This document shows positions 1 through 10,900 of a DNA stretch of 64,000 bases, in pieces. Origin of the DNA: Camelus dromedarius (taxonomy: Eukaryota); NCBI RefSeq assembly GCF_036321535.1, contig NC_087436.1:48486001-48550000 (forward strand). Direction: 5' to 3'. The position numbers and the translations under genes are program-made. The notes below the pieces were generated by a model. The model made no database searches and had not been told where the DNA came from. It worked only from the letters and a program-made list of their open reading frames with translations. How positions within the stretch are numbered: the first letter of the stretch is position 1; each line of letters begins with the position of its first letter.

Positions 1-497
1 CATAAGTATTTATCAATGTACATAATTTCCCTGGGTCAGGAATTCAGGAATGGTTTAGTTGGGTGGTTTTAGCTCAGGATCTCATGCCACTGCAGTGAGA
101 ATATCAGCTGAGACTGTAGTCATCTGAAAGCTTGGCTGGGACTACAAGAGCTATTTCTAAGATAGCTCACTCATTTGGTGCCGGTTATTGACAGGAGGCT
201 TATTTCCTCCCTACCTTGAGGGCCTTGACACAGACCTCTTAACTATTCCCACAACATGGTGGTTGGCTTCTCTCTGAGTGACTGAGTGAGCAATCTGAGA
301 GATGAAAGAAAGCAAAGTGGAAGTTGCAATGCCTTTTATGACCTAGCCTCAGGAACCCCACATTGTCGTTTCTGCTGTATCTTCTTGGATACAGAGGTCA
401 GCCATTAACTCTATTCATTGTGGGAGAGGACTACACAAGAATGTGAATCTCAGGAGTCTGGGGACATTGGGGGTCATCTTAGAGGTTGGTTGTCACA
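1..497 (-). mobile_element. MaLR LTR (MLT1F/G/H-like), probably cut by the window start
   Basis: Recognised MLT1 motifs (gggtcaggaattcagg, gccttttatgacctagcctc, gtcatcttagagg...caca terminus). Subfamily uncertain. Confidence 0.7.
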
Positions 498-2672
498 GAA
501 GTCTTGGAGGTCATATAAGTACTTTAAAAATAAAGGGAAAAATAGGAATTAAATACTAAATCAACATTAACACTAACTGGGAAATTACTAAAGTTCCTAA
601 AATTATTTAGTACTCATTTAGGGTACTTGGGAAAGAAGAAAGAAAGGAGTTTACACTATGGAGAGAGGGTAGAGTATTAAGGGAATATCCAGAAGTACCA
701 GAGGACATAACTATACTACGATTGGTATTGCTCTGCATCCTGTAAAGTGATGTTACGCATGGCCTTGTGCTCCCAGCCATTCCAGAGGACTCCATAAGCC
801 ACAAGTAGAGTAGTTCTTTGGCATCAGGATAGTAGTAACTGGAGGATGTTCCTTCTGATCTCCACATTTCCCTCTCTACCCATATATGTCCTTCCTTTGC
901 TTTCTAAAAGAACTGAAGAAGAGAGAAGCTGGTGACCCAGAAGACAAATTTCCATTTTCATCATTTTACTTTTTTTTACTTTCAATTGTACTATAAAAGG
1001 ATAGAATTGCAATTGCTCTGTCAATAAGATTAAATCCATTAGCTCATGAAAAGTTTTAGCTTTTCTGTGCTTGTCATCCTTCATCCTTATTTTAGAGATC
1101 ATAAATCACATAACAGTGAGTACCAGTAGCCTTTACAGTGTAAAGATGTAAAAAAAACCACCTTTCTTCAAAGCCTTTGTTTCTGTCTTCAGGGGATAAA
1201 ATGTCATAGATGGAAGCATATTTTTGATATGTAGAGGAACATATGATATGATAGGTAGAGGAACATCAATAGGATTAAACGAAAATGTCATGTTGTCTTT
1301 CATGCCATTTACATTTTCTCATAATCTTCATTTATTTAAAATAGAATGTATAGTAATTTTATAGGTCTTTGTAATTTTTTCAGGTAATATATATTTAAAT
1401 ATTTTTGTAAATAAAATACTGTTTTTAGTCATTCTGGTACTAGAGTCAAGTTCAATATTTCCCTTACTCATTTTGGAATATAACTTCCAGCACTTACTGC
1501 CTTTGAGTAGAAATAATTCCATCAGATTCAGTTCCAAGTTGTTATCTGATCCATCCATCTGAATTAGCTTTGTTGAGAACTATTTGACTTTCCACATATT
1601 TGGATTACATTAGTCTCCAATAACAGGCAGGTTTCATCTGCAATTTTAATTAATTCTATAACCTGTTTATGGAAAGTGAGAAGATGTCCTTATGGCTTAT
1701 AAATCAGTTCTTTCCCCTACTGCCAAAAGTAAGCACCCTGCACCTGTAAGAAAGGCTGATGCAAAGTAAACAGGAAATCTATTTAGATAGGGTTGCAATT
1801 TGAGACCCATGATTTTCAGTTGTCCATCTGTCTGTAACTGTTGCAAAACTGTAAGCTGCCAGTTGTCTGGTAGTTATTTGAAGTTGATTGTCCAAACTTA
1901 AGCATCACTTAAGGCATATATCTTACTGGATTTATGTTTTGAAGAAAATTTTACATCTTCCTTCCTTAAAATCGATGGGGTGGAGTAGGGGAATAAAAAC
2001 TAGAAACTTAGAGAAGAGTCTTAGTATCATTGAACCAAGCAATATTGTACTAAAGCATTATAGTAGTAATTCATGTTACGAATGTATTGTAACTTAAGAC
2101 TATCTTGAGGTTTCAGATCATACTGAAAAATTGTGTTACTTCTTTTTATGAATTTAATGGCCATAAAGCCCTTTTGAGAATTCATGTTATCCAAATCAGA
2201 AATAATAATTTTGTGCTATGACCTGGAGCTATCATTGAGTCAGTCTTTTATAGAGTGATGTTATTTGTGATGGTGGTTTGCTAACCCTGTTTGAAAGAGA
2301 AAACACATCATTTTCTTTAGAGTCTATTCAAGCTGGAATATGAGGAATTCGTTTTTGGAGAATGCTGCTCTCTTTTCAGTGGCTTTTATGTTGCTTGTGC
2401 CAGAGTTCTCTCCTGCCCGTATCTCTCTCCAGTTTCAGTTAAATGATCAAAATTATTTGTTGGAAGCATACAGGCATGGAATTCAATTAAACTCCTGTAA
2501 CCAGTACATTTCAAAAAAAAAAAGTACAGCGTTTGGAAGATTTGTTTGAAGTCATCTCATATTTAGTGCCTGTGAATCTCTTTAATTGTTACCCTAAAGC
2601 CACATTCAAGATGCTGAACAGTGAAGAAATTTAAGTTTCATCTCCTTTCTAAAATATATTCCAGATAATGTT

Positions 2673-2711
2673 AAAAAAAAAAAAAAAAAAAAGAGAGAGA
2701 GAGAGAGAGAG
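2673..2711. repeat. (A)n(GA)n microsatellite
   Basis: Directly visible. Confidence 0.95.
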
Positions 2712-3454
2712 ATTCACCTCCATCACTCTTATTAGAGCAAGCATGTGGAAAATGGTTTGCCTTCTAAGTCTAGTTGCTGTTTGGAAAGTATTTCCAGTTT
2801 GTGTTGTTCACAATGTGTACTTTTTCTTAATCTGTAAAAGTGCTAGCAAGTGTAGTTCATAGACAGATATTCAGCAGAGTTTTGGCACTTGCAGTAAAGT
2901 TCCTGTGTTGTCCTTAAATTTGCAAGTGAAGGCATGGTGAGTAGTGCATGCATGTTTCTTTAATAAAATTTAGTTTGTCATATGTTTTTAGGGTTATGGT
3001 TTTGAAAATGTACCAGAGAACCATCAGCACTGCAGAGGTTATACATGGAGACTTTGATGGGAAGCAGGCTATGGCTGCAGCTGTTCACTAGCTTGATGGA
3101 AAATATAATCTGACTTACTCGGATGAGTAAGTTTTACTTGCCCCTGTTAAAACATTGCCTACTCACTGAGTTGGATACTCCAAAGGAGTTTGGACACATT
3201 CTAAAATATGGTCCACAGTTGGATGCTGAGCCACAGGTCATAGTCATCAGAAAAAGATACTAGATATTCTTATTTTACAATATAACCTGATGGTAGAAGT
3301 TAAGGCTCTCATACATTTTTTGACTTTGAGGACCCTAGTTTCAAAATGAATTTGAAATTCTCGTAGTAGAGTCAAGTAACTTTGAGGTTTATATAATTGA
3401 TGTGTATTTTTCTTCCTATTTTACCTATTTTGTTTAAAGATGGAAATAATACCC

Positions 3455-3775
3455 CCAAAAAGATACTCTTCACTCAGGCTTGGAATCCTGCAGCTATCTT
3501 CAGCTTTCTCCCTCTCTTGTACCCTATGTCCCATTGGTTATCAAGTGTTATTAATACAACCTTGTTGACATTTCTCATATCTCTGCTGTCTTCTGTATTC
3601 TTTAATTCAGGCCTTTATTAACAAACAGCTTGACTGTTGCATTACAACATTCTCCTTACTGGTCTTCCTGCCTTTAGTCTTTCCATTCTCCAGTTACTCC
3701 TACTTTCTGCAGCTATGTTATTATTTTTAAAGATCCATCCATTCCCTACTCAAAATCATTTGGTGGCCCTCCATT
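3455..3775 (+). mobile_element. L2 LINE fragment
   Basis: L2-like ctccttactggtcttcctgcctt...ccattc tract; highly degenerate. Confidence 0.55.
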
Positions 3776-4534
3776 TTGTGTGTGTTTGTGAAGAAAATGT
3801 ATTTTACAAGCAAAAGATCTGACTTCAGTCTAACTCTCTGAATTATTTCCAAAAAGTATCTAAATTGTTCAAGTAGTTTTTATTGTTGCCAATATATGGT
3901 TGAAGAGATTGAGTGCTGGAGAACTGAAATATCCCATGAAGACCGAGTTGTCTTTATGTCCAACAATGTATCTCTAGTCTTTGGCACAATGTATAAGCAC
4001 TTCTTCAAGTAATTCACTTACTTCTGTCTCCCTCTATACTATAATACGGAACCAAAGCAAAAATTGTATTTTTCTTCTCCTAATCCTTTTATTACATTTT
4101 GTCTCTCTAGTTGTAAGTTTCCTTTCCCCCTCTAGTGTATAATTGTTTGCCTGCAATTATTTACTTAAGGAAGGTATGGTCTACCTTCGCTCAATTAACT
4201 ATACATTCTTAACATGCATACAGTAATTTTTTTATTTTTCTGTCTCCTAAAGTTGTTAGCATAAGAGTTTGCATGTCATTAATGTGTTATAAATTAACTG
4301 TTGAATAGACTAATTATGTTTTTAGTTTAGTTATGCAGTTTGAATTCTGTTTCCCTATTATGTTTCTTTTAATCATGTGTTATAATTTTATTTCCCAAAC
4401 AAATGAGTTTTGGTGAAAGTATGATGTGAATGTTATTTTGGCAATTTGTTTATTATTTTCTTGGAAATAAATCTATTTTATTTTCTTTAAAATAGAATGA
4501 TCAGAGGAAACAAATTGTCAATTTCTTTTTTTAA

Positions 4535-4917
4535 GACTCTGGGAAGAATCCACATCTAAGCTCATTCAGGCTATTGGCAGAATTTAGTTCTTTGCAATTG
4601 TAGGACTGAAGTCTGTATTTCCTTGATTACTATCGAGGGGCTGCTCTCAACTTCCAGAGTCCTTCTCCATCTCCAAAGCCAGTAATGAAGAATATCCCTA
4701 ACTTCACATCTTGCTCATGCCTGGAATCTCTCTTATTTCCTGTCTCTGATCTCTAGATCCAGATTTCAAGGACTCATGTGATAAGGACAACTGCACTGTA
4801 AAACATAATGTCATCATGAGAGTAAAAGCCATCTTATTCATAGTCTTGAGGGATTATGCAAGGTGTACATCAGGAAGCAGGGATCTTGGAAACCATCCTA
4901 GAATTCTGCTTACTACA
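4535..4917 (-). mobile_element. MaLR LTR (MLT1E-like)
   Basis: gctcattcaggctattggcagaatttagttctttgcaattgtaggactga ... tagaattctgcttactaca terminus. Confidence 0.7.
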
Positions 4918-4994
4918 ATTTGGTTAGTAAAAATTTAGGAAAATTTTTTAGTCTTGCGGCAAGTGTCATATTTGGTGTTCTCATTTGCATTAGT

Positions 4995-5570
4995 CACTGT
5001 GGCTGAGATGGTGGGAATGGTCGTGTGTCAGGGGTCACCAAGCTTTAGTGATTCAATAGAAGCACTCACAGGACTCAAATGTCATTATACTTATGGTTAC
5101 ATTATACTCATTTTATTGCAGCCAAAATTTACAAAGCAAAATCAGCAAAGAGAAAACAAGGGGGCAAAATATGGAACAATCTTTCCAGAGTCCTCTCCCA
5201 GGAGAGTTGTAGAGGATATTTAATTCCTCCAGCAACAAATTGTGACAACATGTGCAAAATGTTGCCTGTTAGAGCAACTCACCTGAGTCTAGGAGTGAGG
5301 GTTTTTACTGAGGGTTTGTCACAAAGACACATAGAGCCTATGTGACTGACTGCAATTAATGAAGCTGCAGACTCAGAAGGAAAGCAAGTGTTCAAAATAA
5401 ATCACACTGTTTGCATAAACTGTCCAGATAAGTTAGAATGATTCAAGGCCTCAAATGGGCAAAACACTCTTATCAGTTAGAGTATTTCAAGAGCATAATT
5501 CCAAGGAGACCACAAAGTGCCAATTAGGAAAATAGGCCCTTTGGGGAGAATGTACAAGATTTGAGACTGA
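4995..5570. mobile_element. ERVL LTR (MER21/MER77-like)
   Basis: ttccagagtcctctcccagg ... aattcctccagcaacaaattgtgacaacatgtgcaaaatgttgc ... aaatcacactgtttgcataaac. Confidence 0.65.
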
Positions 5571-5725
5571 TGAGAGATTCTTTTTGAGGAGGTATTAAAG
5601 TAGATTTTATAGCTACTTCCAGCAATTCATGAAGTTATGAATATACTGTGACTTTGTAAACTAATGGTTACTGGTCTTTTTCAGTTAAAGTTTGTGTAAA
5701 GACTTTTCATCTTCATCAGCAAAGT

Positions 5726-6282
5726 GTTAACTCTCTATTGTTTCTGTAACATATTGCCACAAATTTAGCAGCTTAAAACAACACAAATTTATTATCTCAT
5801 AGTTCTGTAGGTCAGAAGTCTGTTGGGCTTGAGTGGTTTCTCTACTTCAGGTCTAAAAAAGCCAAAATCAAGGTGTTGCCAGAGCTACATTTTCTCTGGA
5901 GACACTAGAGGAGAATCCATTTCCAGGCTTTTTCCCACTGTTGGTAGAATTTAATACTATGCAGTTGTAGGACTGAGATCCCTGTTTCCTTGCTGGCTGT
6001 TGGCCAGGAATCATTCTTGAGAACATCACCATTCCCTGGCTTGTGGCCTCATCTCTTTATCTTCAAAGCTAGTGGCAGCAAGCCCAGAGCTTCTGATGTT
6101 TTGAATCTCTGACTCTTCTGCTTTGCTTTTTCTGCTTTAAGGGATCATGTGATTACATTGGGCTCACCTGGGTAATTCAGGGTACTCTGCCTATTTTAAG
6201 ATTAGCTGATTAGCAGCCTAATTCTATCTGCAAAGTCCCTTCACAGCAGTACCTAGGCTAGTGATTGAATGTATACCCAGGT
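5726..6282 (-). mobile_element. MaLR LTR (MLT1E-like)
   Basis: ccacaaatttagcagcttaaaacaacacaaatttattatctcatagttctgtaggtcagaagtc is a typical MLT1 segment; also gattacattgggctcacctgggtaattcag. Confidence 0.8.
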
Positions 6283-6949
6283 GACTTATGCAGTTAAGTA
6301 CCAAAGTTTTTCCTGCTCACATAGCTAAATTTCATATTATTAATTATACCTCAATTTCTAAAAAAAGAAATGATTTTATTAAGCAATGTTAATCCTTTCA
6401 ACAATTATAAGTATGTTTAACTATTAATGAGAGAAATTTTTCTGAGTCACTCAAATTGCCAGTTATCTTTAGAAAAAGTCAAATTTTAATAAAGTTTAAA
6501 TTCAAACTTATTATATGCTATTTTCCACAATTATAGTCATGAGTAAAGTAAATGCTTTGTTTATTAAAATAAAATTCTTATTGGGGAGAGGGAGCTACTT
6601 CAGTGTCTATGTACAGAAAGGATGGTCAGAGACCGTGTAAACAAGTTGATGTAGAATGCTGACCTCTCTGTTATTTTCCATTAGAGATGCACTTTTTTTA
6701 GTCAAATGCATCCTGAATTGAAGTTTTTAGGGAAGTTAGATGCACATTATTCTGAGAGAGAGAGAGAGAGCACAAGACATGAGCACATGAGTAATGGGTA
6801 GAGTTAGAAGAAGGGGAAACTGGATTTGAAATGGGGAATATATGTAACAGAGATTATAAACTCACTTGCGTTAAGGCACATAATTTAAGTGAATGAAGTT
6901 CACTGAACTGAAACTGGGTTAAATAGGAAAACAGATGACACATTGAAAA

Positions 6950-7175
6950 GAGGCAACCGATGCTCAGCTCCAGCCCTAGTTGTTGCCCAGTGAGAATGTG
7001 TCCTGGTGTTACCATCTCTTTCACATTTTCAAAAGAACTCAGAATCTGGGTTCTTATGTGAAATCTCTGAATTTCTAATCATTTTCAAGTAATTGAAAAG
7101 TTTTAAAACACCATGATCCAAACAAAACAAAGTAAAGGGTTAAATCTGGCCATGCGGCAGTTGGCGATTATCTAA
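6950..7175. mobile_element. hAT-Charlie MITE (MER103-like)
   Basis: ttttcaaaagaactcagaatctgggttcttatgtgaaatctc ... aaacaaaaca ... atctggccatgcggcagtt resembles MER103. Confidence 0.55.
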
Positions 7176-7719
7176 TCTAAAAAGGTAAGTTATTGGTGGA
7201 GGAAGATAATCTATGCTTTGTCTGGTCTAAATGGATAGAATCATTGGGAAAAGGAATGAAAAATACTGGGCTTTTAATTTTTAAGAATCATTTACTTATT
7301 TTAACACATTCAAAAGAAAAGGTGAAATACCTGTGTTTTCTAATTTTACTAGTGAGGTAGGAATTATATACTTTTGAAAGACTGTTTTTTGTTTAAATAG
7401 CAGGGTGATAGGAGAATGATAGATCATGTGTGTTGGAAATTATTTTTGCCTATGAAAACTTTCTATTTAAAAAAAATAATCTGTGTGTATAGCCTGAATG
7501 GTCAACTGTCATAGCATTTTTTCATTGACATATTGTTTTGCCTCCTATTAAATACAAATTAATTCTTTCAGTGAGTGAGGAAACTTTAGTAAATGAACTC
7601 AGGAGATTTGTATTTAAGAGTTGCACTAACTTTAAGGGAACACTTTAAATTTTATTCTGTGGTACCATTTTTAAAATTGATTATGATTTGAATTGAATTG
7701 AATTTGAGTTGAATTGAAA

Positions 7720-9718
7720 ATGATTATGGTAGTGATTACAATATGCATCCTTAATGTATCACAGCCTTCCATGAATTAATATGCTGATTCATATATAATG
7801 TAGGAATCTCATAAGAATATACTTCTATTCATTGTCCTCCCATCCTTTGGGTATTGTTGTCGTACATTTAACAATTTATGTTTACTTTTATGTATATTAT
7901 AAATCTGAACATACATTGGTTTTTTTATGATTGTTTTAAACAATTTCTTTAAAGACCTTGAGAAACAAGGAAAAAGTTCTTGTATTTAATTATGCATTTA
8001 CTGTTTACTGAACCTTTTGTTTTGATCTAGGTTCTGATCTGGCATCATTTTCTTTCAGCCTCAAAAACTTCCTTTAAAAATTTTTTTACTGCAATTCTGA
8101 TGCTAACAAATTCTTACAGATTTTGGCCATCTGAAAATGTCTTTATATCACCTTAATTATTTTCTTGGCTAGTATTTTATTATAAAAAATTTTAAACATA
8201 GCAAAGTTGAAAGAACTATACAATATATCTGTATTCTACAATTAACATTTTGCCAACTTTTATTTTACCACACATCTGTCATATCACATCACATATCTAT
8301 CACGTATTCCACTGTCTGCTCATTAACTCATCCTATTTTAATGTGTATCAGAGTCAGTTACACTTATGAGTGTACTTTATCCATAAATCTTTCAGCAGGT
8401 ATATCATTAAGTATAATTCAGTACGTGTTTATGATTTCTTTTTTAGGTAAATTTATATTCAGTGGAGTACAAAAACTTGTATATCATTTGATGGATTTTG
8501 AAAAATGTATACATCTCCCCAAAATACATCAGGATTAGATCACTACGTCATCCTATAAACTTTCCCAGTGGACCTTTGCTGTTCATCCCACTCCCAACTC
8601 CCAGAGGCAACCACTCTTCTAATTTTTTCACCTTAGATTAGTTTTGCTTATTCTAACACTGTATATAATTAGAATTGTACAGTATGTACCATTTTGTGTA
8701 ATTATTCTTTCACTCACCCTAATGTTTCTGAGAGTAATCTATGTGGTTTCATGTATTCTAACTCATTCCTTTTTACTATTGAGGTGTATTACATTTTATG
8801 AATATGCCATGGTTTGTTTAGCAATTGTCTGTTCATGAACTCCTGGTATATTTCCAGGTTGACTATTATAACAAGTTGCTGTGAATGTTCTTGTATGTCT
8901 ATTTTGTAGGCAAATGTTTTCATATCCCTCGGTATGTATGTAGCAGTAGAATTGACGACTTATATATGTATGAGTGTGTCCTTAATATGGTTATTGCTTT
9001 TTGAGAAACCTTTGCCTCCTTCCCAGTCATGAAGATATTCTCATATGTTTTCCTCTAGAAGCATTATAGTTTTAGATTTTATGGTGGATCTTTGATCTTT
9101 CTCAATGTAGTATTTGTATATGGTGTTCAAGTTCAGCTTTTGCCAATAGTTCCAGCTCTACTTGTTTAAAAGATTTTTCTTTTGCCATTGGATTGCTTTA
9201 GTGTTTCATTGAAAATTAAAAGGTCATGTGAGTGTGGGTTTGTTTCTGGCCTTCTATTTTGTTTCATTTATCTATATTTCTGTCCTTATGCCAGGACCAC
9301 ATTGTCTTAATTACTCTAGCTTAAAGTCAGGAAATATAAATTTCCCAACTTTGTTCTTTTGTTTCAAGATTGCTTTAGCTATCCTTGCTTGTTTGCATTT
9401 CCACATAAACTTTATAATAAGCTTTTCAGTCTCTAAAAATGTCTTTTGATATTCTGATTGGGATTGCATTACATCTACAGACCAATCTGGGAACAACTAA
9501 CAGCTTAATATTGAGTCTTCCAATAAATGAATATGTTGCTTCTTTCCAAATTTTAAGTGTTCTTTAATTTCTTTCAGCAATATTTTGTAGTTTACAATGT
9601 CATGTTCTTGCTCTTTTGCTGTCTTTATTCCTAAGTATCTTATGCTTTGATGTGATTATAGATAAAATTGTTTTATTTTCCAGTTGTTTGTTGGCTAGTA
9701 GGTAAAAATGCAAGCAAT
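7720..9718 (-). mobile_element. Old L1 (L1M-type) fragments, ORF2 to 3' end
   Basis: ORF 9311..9496(-) reads [35 protein letters not shown], which is L1 ORF2. The flanking sequence resembles L1 3' UTR; probably more than one element. Confidence 0.8.
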
Positions 9719-9719
9719 G

Positions 9720-9990
9720 TAGGCATCTAGTGTTAAAATAAAATGAAATGAAATAGGTCAAGAAAAATAAATCTAAGGAGTAAAGATAAGAAAGAGGAGG
9801 AAGAAGAGAAGGAAGAATACAAAGGGGAGGAAGGAAGAGGAGGAGGAGGAAGAGGTGGAAATTATTTCTATTCAGTGACGGTATAGTTGTTTATGTAGAA
9901 AATTTTAAGGAATCTAAAAAAGGACTCTTTAAGTTAATATGTGAATTCAGTAAAGTCACAGGAAACAAGGCCAGTATAAAAATATCACCC
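9720..9990 (+). mobile_element. L1 ORF2 RT-core fragment with internal GA-rich expansion
   Basis: Degenerate IRQEKEIKG..GKEE/VKLSLFADDMIVYVENPKES..ELI.EFSKV.G.K.NI.KS (ctattcagtgacggtatagttgtttatgtagaaaat...gaattcagtaaagtcacagga). Confidence 0.75.
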
Positions 9991-10379
9991 ATAAGGTGTT
10001 AGAATATGTTGCTCTCTTAGCAGTAAATCACCTAAACTGCTTAGCATCTAACTTTTTTCTTAAGTGTATTAGAGTAAATCTTCCTCTTGGAAGATCAAGT
10101 GATCCAGTGAGGTAGAAAGTGATTATTTAATATAGTCTTCGAATGGCATTAAGGCGTAGAGCAGATTCGCCAGCTCCTAGTCCCTAGAACTTAGACATGA
10201 AACTGTTTTAGGTAGACAGGTTATCAGAAATCACCAAATTGGGTTCTTGTGCAGCAGCAAAGGTGACTTGGCAATTTCTGTCTAGTGGTCGTCTGAGATG
10301 AGATAGTTGGAAAACCAAGATAGCCAATGTTTTTGAGGATAGTAAATACTTCTTTAATGTTTTATCCAAAGACAGAGAT

Positions 10380-10900
10380 TTTTAACTGAATGGAAGGTGA
10401 TCCTGTCTTTGCATGGATGTGGGTTGCAGCCATGATTGCTAGCAGGGTAGGAACTTTTTTAAGAGAGCAAGATTGGATCTGATCAATTGCTTGAACATGT
10501 ACTTGATTTGAGCTCCAGTCTACAGCAAAATAAAACATGGGAGAAATTATCTTTGTTTGAAAACAAAACTGAGAGTGGAAGTTGTCAAATGTCCTTCTCT
10601 ATCATACAATAAGCCAAATATATCCCCCATAAAATTTTAAACTTTGAGCAGATCTGCAAGGGTGAACTGGTCAAAATTGCAAAACTATCCCCCAGATACC
10701 TAAAAGAGTTAACTTGTCGAAAGGTGTTCTTTAAAATTATTCATCTGGATGTCACTATACTCTCCAAAACGATTTCAGTTTTTGGCATAATTAAAGGTTA
10801 AGAGTTCTTTCAAACAATAATTGGCCAAAATTTCTTGAAGCTGTTTCTAGGTGGAGAGTTATATCATCAGTGTGTAAAAGGACCTCTCTCTATAATGTCA
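10380..10900 (-). mobile_element. Ancient non-LTR retrotransposon RT remnant (RTE-X / L4-like); may extend to about 10050-11000
   Basis: Minus-strand translation across frameshifts gives VLLHTDDI (YADD box, 10863-10874), LANYCLKELLTFNYAK, QVNSFRYLGDSF (about 10681-10716), FQTKII, IDQIQSCSLKKV and KTGSPSI, in RT order. Confidence 0.7.

Noticed and set aside
607..1558. Minus-strand ORFs of 86, 92 and 76 aa
   Set aside because: No recognisable domain, splice or start context; lengths are compatible with chance.
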